64,000 nucleotides of DNA from Candidatus Eiseniibacteriota bacterium (GTDB lineage Bacteria > Eisenbacteria > RBG-16-71-46), in NCBI GenBank assembly GCA_963717935.1, contig CAVQXP010000004.1:1856001-1920000 (forward strand), in the 5' to 3' direction. Below are positions 32,492-40,622 of the stretch, piece by piece. The notes under the pieces are model-generated. The model had not been told where the DNA came from and made no database searches. It saw only the letters and a list, made by a program, of their open reading frames with translations. Numbering within the stretch: the stretch's first letter is position 1; the number at the start of each line of letters is the position of its first letter. Made by a program: the position numbers and the translations under genes.

Positions 32492-33057
32492 TCCGGATCA
32501 ATCTCCTCCCCGGGGAGGAAAGGCGGCAGCGCAAGGCCGCGGTCGCGCTGAAGGTCGGGGACCTGGTGGTACCGCTTGCCTTGTTGGTGGCGACGGCGCT
32601 GATCGTGGCCGGCACGGCGTTCTCGCAGCGCACCCGCGCGGACGGCCTCGTACGTTCCATCGCGGAAGTGGACGCGCAGTCGCGCCTGCTGGCGCCCCAG
32701 ATCGAGCGGGTCAACCGGCTGGCGCAGGAGCGCGCCGAACTGGACCTGCGGCTGGGCATCATCGGCAGGCTGCAGAAGGGACGCACCCAGAGCGTGCGGC
32801 TCATGGATGAGCTGGCGCGCTGCATCCCCGAGCACCTGTGGGTCGGCGCCGTCAACCAGGAAGGCGGGACGACGCTGACCGTGGAGGGCACCACCCTCTC
32901 GAACCTCGTGGTCTCGGACCTCATGTCGCGGCTCGAGCGCTCCCCGCTCTTCGCGAACGTGGAGCTCGACGTGGCCGAACAGGCGGCCATCGAAGCCCGC
33001 GACGTCGTCCGCTTCCGGGTGACCTGCCAGGTCACGCCGGACGAACCGGCCCAGTAG
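32488..33057 (+). CDS. pilN: Type IV pilus assembly protein PilN
   Basis: MIRINLLP, TM, coiled coil, IPEHLW. Confidence 0.92.
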   Translation: MIRINLLPGEERRQRKAAVALKVGDLVVPLALLVATALIVAGTAFSQRTRADGLVRSIAEVDAQSRLLAPQIERVNRLAQERAELDLRLGIIGRLQKGRTQSVRLMDELARCIPEHLWVGAVNQEGGTTLTVEGTTLSNLVVSDLMSRLERSPLFANVELDVAEQAAIEARDVVRFRVTCQVTPDEPAQ

Positions 33058-33067
33058 GGAGAACGCC

Positions 33068-33712
33068 ATGGCCAACCTCGATCTCAAGAACCCGATGGTG
33101 CAGAAGACCGTGCTCAGCGTGCTCCTGTCGGGCGGCCTGCTGGCGGTCTTCTTCTTCACGCACTTCCTGCCGTTCGGCTATCCGAACCAGCAGGACCGGC
33201 TCAACGTGCTCAAGACCGACTTCGAGCGCAAGTCCACCGAGCTGGCCCGGGCGCGCACGACGGTGGCGGACCTGCCCCGTTTCGAAGCCGAGTACGAGCA
33301 ACTGCACGACCGCTGGCTGCTGGCGGCCGAGTTGCTGCCGACGGACCGGCAGCTGGGCTCGCTGTTGCGCAAGATCACGCTCGCCGGGCAGGAGACGGGG
33401 GTGCAGTTCGTGCGCTTCAAGCCCACGGCCGCGAAGACGGAGACCTACTACACCGAGATGCCGGTGCAGATCGCGGTGAGCGGCGGCTACCACCAGGTGG
33501 GGTCGTTCCTTGCGGAACTGGCGAACCTGCGCCGCATCGTGACGGTCACGAACATGCGCCTCAAGACGAACCCGGGGCTGTCCGACAACCCTCTCGCCAC
33601 GACGGCCATCGAGCTCACTGCGTCGGCCTACAGCCTGAACACCTCGTCGACGGTCGCGCCAGTGAAGGAAGCTCGTAAGGAGGGAGGCTCGGATGCGCGC
33701 AAGTCTTCGTAA
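33068..33712 (+). CDS. pilO: Type IV pilus assembly protein PilO
   Basis: TM, coiled coil, LLP, YYTEMPV, GGYHQVGSFL, RRIV. Confidence 0.92.
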   Translation: MANLDLKNPMVQKTVLSVLLSGGLLAVFFFTHFLPFGYPNQQDRLNVLKTDFERKSTELARARTTVADLPRFEAEYEQLHDRWLLAAELLPTDRQLGSLLRKITLAGQETGVQFVRFKPTAAKTETYYTEMPVQIAVSGGYHQVGSFLAELANLRRIVTVTNMRLKTNPGLSDNPLATTAIELTASAYSLNTSSTVAPVKEARKEGGSDARKSS

Positions 33713-34466
33713 GCGGACCCCGGACACCGGTGCCGCGCATGCCGCGGCGCGCAGGAGTGCCGGCGTCGCGCTGCTCGTAGCGTGTGCCGGTCTGGTGGCG
33801 GGAACGGCCCTGGCGGGCTCCTCGGTCGAGGCGCGCGCCATCGCCGCCGCACGGCAGGTCGCGGCGCGGGCCGAGACCTGCGCACAGACTCAGAACGTCG
33901 TCGCGGGCGTGTCCACGCCCCGAGGAAAGCCGGTCCCGGCGAAGGCCGTGGCCCCGGCGAAGACCGTCCCGGCGGCGGCCGCGATCCCGGCAAAGGTCGG
34001 GAAGCCCGCGGTCCGCGCGTCGGTGGGCGGCAAACCCGTGGTGGCGGCATCCGTTCGCCCGAGGGTCGCGGCGACGGCCGCCTCGATGCGGTCAACCATG
34101 AATCCGGTGCCGTCGCCGTCGGCCGCGCGACTCGACGACCAGGTGACGTACCAGTACAACGCACTGGGTCGGCGTGATCCGTTCATGCCGCTCGTGGGCG
34201 GTGGGGAGTACGTCGCGATCGAAGCCCCGCTCGAGGTCGGCGCCATGCAGGTCGTCGGCATCGTGTGGGGGACGCAGGACAAGTTCGCGATCATCGAGGA
34301 CGGCCGCGGGAACAGCACGGTGCTGCGCCCGGGCGACAAGGTCATGAACGGAGTCGTGGAGGGCCTGAAGCGGGACGGTGTCGTCGTGAACCTCACCGTG
34401 GACGGCCAGACGCAGTCGGTGACCATCCCACTGACGCGGAAGGGAGATTCGAATGCGAACCGCTAA
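33693..34466 (+). CDS. pilP: PilP-like pilus assembly protein
   Basis: YQYNALGRRDPFMPL, VVGIVW, AIIED, LRPGD; lies between pilO and pilQ. Confidence 0.8.
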   Translation: MRASLRKRTPDTGAAHAAARRSAGVALLVACAGLVAGTALAGSSVEARAIAAARQVAARAETCAQTQNVVAGVSTPRGKPVPAKAVAPAKTVPAAAAIPAKVGKPAVRASVGGKPVVAASVRPRVAATAASMRSTMNPVPSPSAARLDDQVTYQYNALGRRDPFMPLVGGGEYVAIEAPLEVGAMQVVGIVWGTQDKFAIIEDGRGNSTVLRPGDKVMNGVVEGLKRDGVVVNLTVDGQTQSVTIPLTRKGDSNANR

Positions 34467-35806
34467 GCTCCTGGCGAGTCTGTTGCTGATCGCCGGCGCT
34501 GCCCTGGCCGCCCTCGCGCCCGTCTCGGCCAGCGCGCAGGATTCGGGCACCATGAAGCAGGTGGGCCTCGTCCGCACCAGCTCGGGGACGTTCAGCCTCG
34601 ACGTGGAGGGCGCGGACATCCGGACGGTGCTGCGCGCCATCTCCGAGTTCAGCGGGCGCAACATCGTCGTGAGCGGGAACATCAGCGGCAAGGTGCGGGT
34701 CTCCCTCAAGAACGTCGGGTGGCAGGACGCGCTGCGCACCGTCCTGCGGTCGAGCGGCCTGGACTACGTCGAGGAGAACGGCATCCTGCGCGTGGACGAG
34801 ATGCAGAAGCTCCAGGCGGAGGGGGTCGAGCGCGAGACCGCCCGGGCCAAGCAGCAGGAGCTCATGACGCTCGAGACCCGGGTCGTGAAGCTCAACTACG
34901 CCAACGCGGGCGAACTCACCAGCGCCCTGATGGGCTCGTTGACCAAGCGCGGCTCCATCCTGGTCGAGAAGCGCACGAACTCTCTCATCATCAGCGACCT
35001 GCCCGAGCGCGTGGGCCCGGTCGTGAAGATGGCGCTGGATCTGGACACGGCCACGCCGCAGATCGAGATCACCGCGAAGCTGGTGGACGTGGACGTGGAG
35101 GCCCTGCGCGGCCTCGGGGTCGAGTGGAACATCGCGCCGGTGATGCCCGAGTTCTGGGGCGGCGACGCCCTGCCCGGCGGCGGCGCTCTGCACAACAGCG
35201 ACCGCACGCTCAACATGTCCGGTGAGCAGAATACCGGGCTCGGCGATCCCGCGAACCGGTTGACGTTCGGTCTCTTCAAGAACTGGGCGTCCATCGAGGC
35301 CCAGCTCCAGACGCTGGAGCAGAATCGCAAGGCCAAGATCATCTCGAACCCCCGGATCACGACGGTGGACAACCGGGAGGCCAAGATCCTGGTCGGACAG
35401 AAGATCCCGCTGATCGTGCAGGACGTGGCGGGGAACCCGGTCTCGCAGTTGCAGACCATCGGCATCCTGCTCAGGGTCACGCCGCACCTGACCGCGGACA
35501 AGAAGATCGTCATGGACCTCCACCCCGAGGTCAGTGACCTGTCCACGCAGAGCACCGTGCAGGGCGGCGTCATCATCAACACGAGCGAGGCCGACACGCG
35601 CGTGATGGTGGACGACGGCCAGACGGCCGTCATCGGCGGCCTGATCCGCACCAACGAGGGCAGCGTGCGCCGCGGCGTGCCGTACCTGAAGGACATCCCG
35701 CTCCTCGGGCTGCTGTTCAGCTCCACCAACACGCGTGAACTCGAACCGCGAGCTGATCATCTTCGTCACCCCGCGGATCATCAATCCCATCGCCAGCAAC
35801 GAGTAG
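34453..35806 (+). CDS. pilQ: Type IV pilus secretin; frameshift ~35740
   Basis: SLDVEGADIRTVL, LNYANA, RTNSLII, PQIEITAKLV, SNPRITT, GVPYLKDIPLLGLLF, then shifted-frame NRELIIFVTPRII...TAG(35804-06). Confidence 0.92.
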
Positions 35807-35824
35807 GCCGAAGCATTCCCGAGG

Positions 35825-35850
35825 CGGCCGCCGGTCTCGACCGGCGGCCG
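35825..35850 (+). terminator. Hairpin after pilQ
   Basis: CGGCCGCCGGTC-tc-GACCGGCGGCCG followed by TTC. Confidence 0.6.
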
Positions 35851-35919
35851 TTCGGCGTTCCGGGCCCGGGCCCCGCGGGGCGCTTTGCCGCGCCCCGCGA
35901 TGCGGTTAGGCTGGCGGCC

Positions 35920-36471
35920 ATGACGAACGCGGATGCGCGCCCCATCGCCCTCGTGGGGCTGATGGGCGCTGGCAAGAGCGCGGTGGCCCGTGCCCTGGGC
36001 GAACGCCTGGGAGGGGCCGTGGCCGACCTCGACGCGATGGTGGAGGCGGAGCGGGGCTGCTCGGTCGCCGAGCTCTTCGAGCGCGAGGGGGAGCCCGCGT
36101 TTCGGAGGCTCGAGGGCCGCATCCTCGAGCAGGCGCTGGCCGCCGGCGCGGGCGTCATCGCCTGCGGCGGGGGCATCGTGCTGGACCCGGCGCACCGCGG
36201 TGCGCTCGCGGCCCGGTGCCGGGTGGTGTGGCTCGAGGTCAGCCCGGGCGCGGCGGCGCGGCGGCTCGCGAGCGCCGCGGGCTCGCGGCCGCTGCTCGCG
36301 GCGGGCGTGGCAGGAGAGACCGCGGTTCCGGTCCAGCGGCTCGGAGAGCTGCTGGCCGCGCGCCGGCCCCTCTACGAGCAGGTGGCGCGGGTGCGCGTCT
36401 CGGTCGAGGACCGCACCGTGGACGAGGTGGCGGACGAGGTGCTCCGCGCGCTGGGCGGGCGGGCGGGATGA
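35920..36471 (+). CDS. aroK: Shikimate kinase
   Basis: LVGLMGAGKS, DLD, GEPAFRRLE, IACGGG, RPLL, RRPLY. Confidence 0.93.
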   Translation: MTNADARPIALVGLMGAGKSAVARALGERLGGAVADLDAMVEAERGCSVAELFEREGEPAFRRLEGRILEQALAAGAGVIACGGGIVLDPAHRGALAARCRVVWLEVSPGAAARRLASAAGSRPLLAAGVAGETAVPVQRLGELLAARRPLYEQVARVRVSVEDRTVDEVADEVLRALGGRAG

Positions 36472-37301
36472 GAGGGCGCCGGCGGACCCTCGCGCGGGTG
36501 GTGGCGACGGTGGCGCTGGGAGTGGTCGCGGCGTGTGCGCCGCGGCCGTCGACGATGGCGCCTGTGACCGGAGGGGCGCGCGTCGAGCGCTACCTGTCGC
36601 AACTGTCCCGGCGCGAGCAACGGGCGGCCATGGTCGAGGGTGTCGCCACGATCTGGCCGCGGGCCTTCGCCCTCTGCGAGACCTGCCCGCCCCGTCGGTT
36701 GCCCGCCCTCCAGGCGGGGATCGTCCTGGCCTGGCCGGACGCCTTCCGGCTGCGCGTCGGCTCGGCCTTCGGCACGGCCCTGGATCTCGGCCTGGTGGGC
36801 GACTCGATCATGGCCCATGCGCCGGCGCAACGCTGGGGCGTGGCGCTCGACGCGACGAACGACTCGGTCGGGCCGGAACAGCCGGGACGGCTCGCAGTGC
36901 GTCTCGTGAGCGCCGCGTGGCGACCGCCGCCGCCGGCGTGGGCGCGGGGGAGCTGGGAGGGCGACCTGCTCGTCCTGCGCTGGAGCGACGCGGCGGACTC
37001 CGTCGCCGTGGCGGTCGACGAGGCCGGCACGCCGATCTGGGCGCGCGTGTGGCGGGGCGTGCGGTGGGGGGTGGTCGTTCATTACGAGCGCTGGGAGGTC
37101 GTGGACGACGTGGCCTGGCCGGTCCTGCTACGGGTGGGGATGCCGGGGCGTGGGTTCGATCTCACCTGCCGTGTCGATCGAGTGACGTTCCGCGCCCGTC
37201 CGGACCGCTCCCGGCTCGCGGTGCGCATCCCTGCGGATGCCGACCGGCTCGGGCTCGACGGGCTGCGCGGCCTGCTGGAGCGGGTGGGGGACGTGCGGTG
37301 A
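36468..37301 (+). CDS. Lipoprotein, LolB/DUF4292-like
   Basis: Lipobox VAA-C, then beta-rich WPDAFRLRVGSAFG...WPVLL...RIP. Confidence 0.5.
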   Translation: MRGRRRTLARVVATVALGVVAACAPRPSTMAPVTGGARVERYLSQLSRREQRAAMVEGVATIWPRAFALCETCPPRRLPALQAGIVLAWPDAFRLRVGSAFGTALDLGLVGDSIMAHAPAQRWGVALDATNDSVGPEQPGRLAVRLVSAAWRPPPPAWARGSWEGDLLVLRWSDAADSVAVAVDEAGTPIWARVWRGVRWGVVVHYERWEVVDDVAWPVLLRVGMPGRGFDLTCRVDRVTFRARPDRSRLAVRIPADADRLGLDGLRGLLERVGDVR

Positions 37302-37921
37302 GTCCGGTCCTCGTGCTGTTGCTCTCGGCCATGCTGACGGTGTCCGCCCCGGGCACGCCCGCGGCCGCGGCCCGGGCTCCGCTCGGCTCGAGCCGGGCGC
37401 TGCTCGCGCGGTTGCGCTCGTCGGGCCGGGCGGAGGCCGCGGTGCGGCTCAGCCGACTCGACCCGCTCAGCGGGCGCACGAACGTCGTGCGCGGGCGGCT
37501 CATCCTGGAACTGCCCCGGCTCGCGCGCCTGGAGTTCGAGGACGGCCAGCGGTTCACCCTGCGCGATGACGGCGGCGACTGGCTCCAGCCCGCGGCGCGT
37601 CAACTCGTGCGCGCGGGGGCCCGCTCCGCCGGGGGAGCGCTCGTGTGGTGGGGGGCGCTGCTGGACCCGCAGGCGACGGGGGTCCAGGAGCGCAAGGTCG
37701 CCGCACGGCAGTACGTGCTCACGCGCCCGGGGGTCGGCCAGGCGCTGGCGCAGCGAGTCGAGCTGGGCGCGGACGGGCTGCCGTGCCGCCTGACGGTGGA
37801 AGCGAGCGCGGGCGAGCGCGTCGAATACCGTCTCACGCGCTGGCGCTTCGTGCGGTCGCGCGGCCGGGCCGACTTCGTGCTCGAGGCCCCGGCGGGGTTC
37901 GAAGTCGTGGAGATGCCCTGA
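37298..37921 (+). CDS. LolA-like periplasmic lipoprotein carrier
   Basis: Signal peptide; GRLILELPRLARLEF..GQRF...DGGDWLQPAARQLV; C-terminal FVLEAPAGFEVV. Confidence 0.6.
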   Translation: MSPVLVLLLSAMLTVSAPGTPAAAARAPLGSSRALLARLRSSGRAEAAVRLSRLDPLSGRTNVVRGRLILELPRLARLEFEDGQRFTLRDDGGDWLQPAARQLVRAGARSAGGALVWWGALLDPQATGVQERKVAARQYVLTRPGVGQALAQRVELGADGLPCRLTVEASAGERVEYRLTRWRFVRSRGRADFVLEAPAGFEVVEMP

Positions 37922-37981
37922 GGCCCGTCGGCCCTGGCCGCTCGAGGGGCGCGGCGGCGCCGCCGGCGCGGCACGCCTCGC

Positions 37982-38010
37982 TTGACACCCCCCGGAGGCT
38001 CGCGGAGACT
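37982..38010 (+). promoter_or_regulatory. sigma70-like promoter of the rsmD-coaD operon
   Basis: TTGACA-N17-GAGACT, 11 nt before GTG 38022. Confidence 0.5.
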
Positions 38011-38021
38011 CGCCGTCCTTC

Positions 38022-38600
38022 GTGCGCGTGATCGCAGGCATCCTCGGGGGGCGCCGGCTCAAGGCGCCGCGCGGCCGGGACACCCGGCCGACGTCGGACC
38101 GCGTGCGCGAGTCGCTCTTCATGGCGCTCGAGCCCCTGGAGGGGCAGCGGGTCGTGGACCTGTTCGCGGGCTCGGGGGCGCTGGGGATCGAGGCGCTTTC
38201 GCGCGGTGCGGCCCGGGCGGACTTCGTCGAACGCGACGCGGCCGCGCGCCGGGTGCTCGAGGAGAACCTCGAGTCGCTCGGACTCGTCGAGTGCAGCCGG
38301 GTGTGGGCGCTCGAGTTGCCGCGCGGGCTGGAGCGGTTGCGCGAGGAGCTCGGCCGGGCGGACCTGGTGCTGGCGGACCCGCCGTACGGGGGAGGGCCGG
38401 CGCGGGAGGTGCTGGAGGTGCTGGGGCGGCCGGGGATCCTGAGGCCGGGAGCGCGGGTGGTGCTCGAGCACCACGCGAAGGACGAGGTGCCGGAGTCGAA
38501 CGGACGTCTCGCGCGGGTGCGCGCGCGGCGGTACGGCGAGACCATGGTGTGCACGTACCAGGTGGCGGATGCATCCGCTGCCGAGGAGCGAGGGCGATGA
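38022..38600 (+). CDS. rsmD: 16S rRNA m2G966 methyltransferase
   Basis: MRVIAG, RPTSDRVRESLF, DLFAGSGALGIEALSRGA, DPPY. Confidence 0.93.
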   Translation: MRVIAGILGGRRLKAPRGRDTRPTSDRVRESLFMALEPLEGQRVVDLFAGSGALGIEALSRGAARADFVERDAAARRVLEENLESLGLVECSRVWALELPRGLERLREELGRADLVLADPPYGGGPAREVLEVLGRPGILRPGARVVLEHHAKDEVPESNGRLARVRARRYGETMVCTYQVADASAAEERGR

Positions 38601-39169
38601 GCACGAGCCGCACGGCGCTGTTCCCCGGGACGTTCGATCCGATCACCAACGGCCACCTGGATCTGGCGCGGCGGGCGGTGCATCTCTTCGACCGCGTCGT
38701 GGTGGCGGTGGCGGACAGTCCGTCGAAGGGCGTCCTGTTCACCCTGGAGGAGCGCGTCGAGATGATCCGCGTCGCCACGCGGGGGATGAAGCGCGTGGAG
38801 GTGGTGTCGTTCGGGGACCTGGTGGTGGACTGCGCGCGCCGGGTGGGCGCCCAGGTGATGATCCGGGGCCTGCGGGCCGTGAGCGATTTCGAGTTCGAGT
38901 TCCAGATGGCGCTGATGAATCGCCGGCTCTCGCCGCGGCTCGAGGTCGCCTTCCTGATGCCGAGCCAGAAGTACACGTACCTGAACTCGACGCTGGTGAA
39001 GGAGGTCTCGCGCCTGGGGGGCGACGTGACGGACCTCGTGCCCCGGCTGGTGGCGGAGCGCCTGCGGGCGCGCCTGCGGCCGGGGACGATCCCCGCGGCT
39101 CGGACGCGCAGGCCGGCGCGGGTGACAGGGCGGAAGCCGGCGCGGGTGGCGAGGCGGAAACCGGCTTGA
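38597..39169 (+). CDS. coaD: Phosphopantetheine adenylyltransferase
   Basis: PGTFDPITNGH, RGLRAVSDFEFE, NSTLVKE. Confidence 0.95.
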   Translation: MSTSRTALFPGTFDPITNGHLDLARRAVHLFDRVVVAVADSPSKGVLFTLEERVEMIRVATRGMKRVEVVSFGDLVVDCARRVGAQVMIRGLRAVSDFEFEFQMALMNRRLSPRLEVAFLMPSQKYTYLNSTLVKEVSRLGGDVTDLVPRLVAERLRARLRPGTIPAARTRRPARVTGRKPARVARRKPA

Positions 39170-40162
39170 GCGCGATTCTGGAGCGCATCCGGCGCGACGG
39201 CGCGGTCGCGGCCGCAGCGCGTGTTGCTGGCGGAGGCGGACGACGAGCGCGTCGTGCGCGCGGCGGAGAAGCTCGCGCGCGAGCGCATCGCCGAGGTCGG
39301 CGTCGTGGGCTCCCGCACCGTGCTGAGAGCGACGGCGCGCAGGGCGGGGGTGGGGCTCGGCGGCGTCGAGGCCATCGAATCGAGCGAGGCGGCCGAGATC
39401 GCGCGCACCGCGGCGGAGTTGCGCGCCGTGCGCGGCGACCGGCTGAGCGGCGCCGACCTCGAGCGCCACGCGCGCGATCCGCTCTTCCAGGCGGCCTGCC
39501 GCGTTCGCCTGGGGCTGGCGGACTGTTTCGTGTGCGGGGCGGTGCGGACCACGGCGGACGTGCTGCGGGCGGCGCTGTATCTGGTGGGACTCGTCCCGGG
39601 CACGAGGACCCTGTCCTCATTCTTCCTGATGGTGCTGCCCGGCGCCGGCGGGCGGGAGCGCGCGCTGGTCTTCGCGGATTGCGCGGTCGTGCCCGATCCA
39701 TCCGCGGAGCAACTCGCGGACATCGGCATCATGGCGGCCGAGCACTTCCAGCGCCTGATGGAGGAGATCCCGCACACCGCCTTCCTGTCGTTCTCGACGC
39801 GCGGCTCGGCCGATCACCCGCACGTGGCGAAGGTGCGGCAGGCCGTGGCCCTCGCGCGTGAACGGCGGCCGGACCTGCATCTGGACGGCGAGTTGCAGAT
39901 CGATGCCGCCATCGACCCGGAGGTGGGCCGCAGGAAGGCCCCCGGCAGCGTGGTCGCGGGGTACGCGAACGTGCTCGTCTTCCCCGATCTGGATGCGGGG
40001 AACATCGGATACAAGCTGGTCCAGCGGCTGGCGGGTGCGCAGGCGTACGGCCCGATCCTGATGGGGCTCGCCCGGCAGGGCAACGACCTCTCGCGCGGAT
40101 GCAGCGCAGCGGATGTCGTCGAGACTGCTACGATCGCCTGCGCGCTTTCCGCGACGAGTTGA
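39166..40162 (+). CDS. pta: Phosphate acetyltransferase; frameshift ~39200
   Basis: [55 protein letters not shown]. Confidence 0.9.
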
Positions 40163-40177
40163 GGGAGGACGGTCTCC

Positions 40178-40610
40178 ATGCCCACCTACGACTACCGGTG
40201 CCGGAAGTGCGGGCACCAGTTCGAGCTCTTCCACGGCATCAAGGACGACGTGCCGAAGCGCTGCCCGAAGTGCAGGGGAGGGGCGCAGCGCGTCCCGGCG
40301 GGCGGGGCGGGCGTGCTCTTCAAGGGGAGCGGTTTCTACGTCACCGACTACCGGAGCAAGGCGTACAAGGAGAAGGCGCGCCAGGAGAAGTCCGCGGGTG
40401 GCGGAAGCGGCTCGACGGGTGGCGGAAGCGGCTCGACGGGTGGCGGAAGCGGCTCGACGGGTGGCGGGAGCGGCTCGACGGGTGGCGGGAGCGGCTCGAC
40501 GGGCGGCGGGAGCGGCTCGAGGGGCGGCGGGAGCGGCTCGACGGGCGGCGGGAGCAGCTCGCGGGTGGGGGAGTGGTCCGACGGGCGGCAAGACGCCGTC
40601 GGGCGGCTGA
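40178..40610 (+). CDS. FmdB-family zinc-ribbon protein with Gly/Ser repeat tail (end uncertain: 40610 via frameshift or 40738)
   Basis: MPTYDYRCRKCGHQFE...CPKC...FKGSGFYVTDY. Confidence 0.85.
40397..40564 (+). repeat. Coding tandem repeat, 8 x 21 bp (GGGSGST)
   Basis: ggYggcggRagcggctcgacg units. Confidence 0.92.
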
Positions 40611-40622
40611 GAGCCGGCGCGG

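Noticed and set aside
34453..36471. Apparent PilQ-shikimate kinase fusion (672-aa ORF)
   Set aside because: A frameshift near 35740 hides the true secretin end (RELIIFVTPRII, TAG 35806). A hairpin and a separate aroK ATG at 35920 follow.
40397..40564. CRISPR-like repeat array (also considered for 14486-14746)
   Set aside because: Head-to-tail units without unique spacers, in frame within proteins, and no cas genes.
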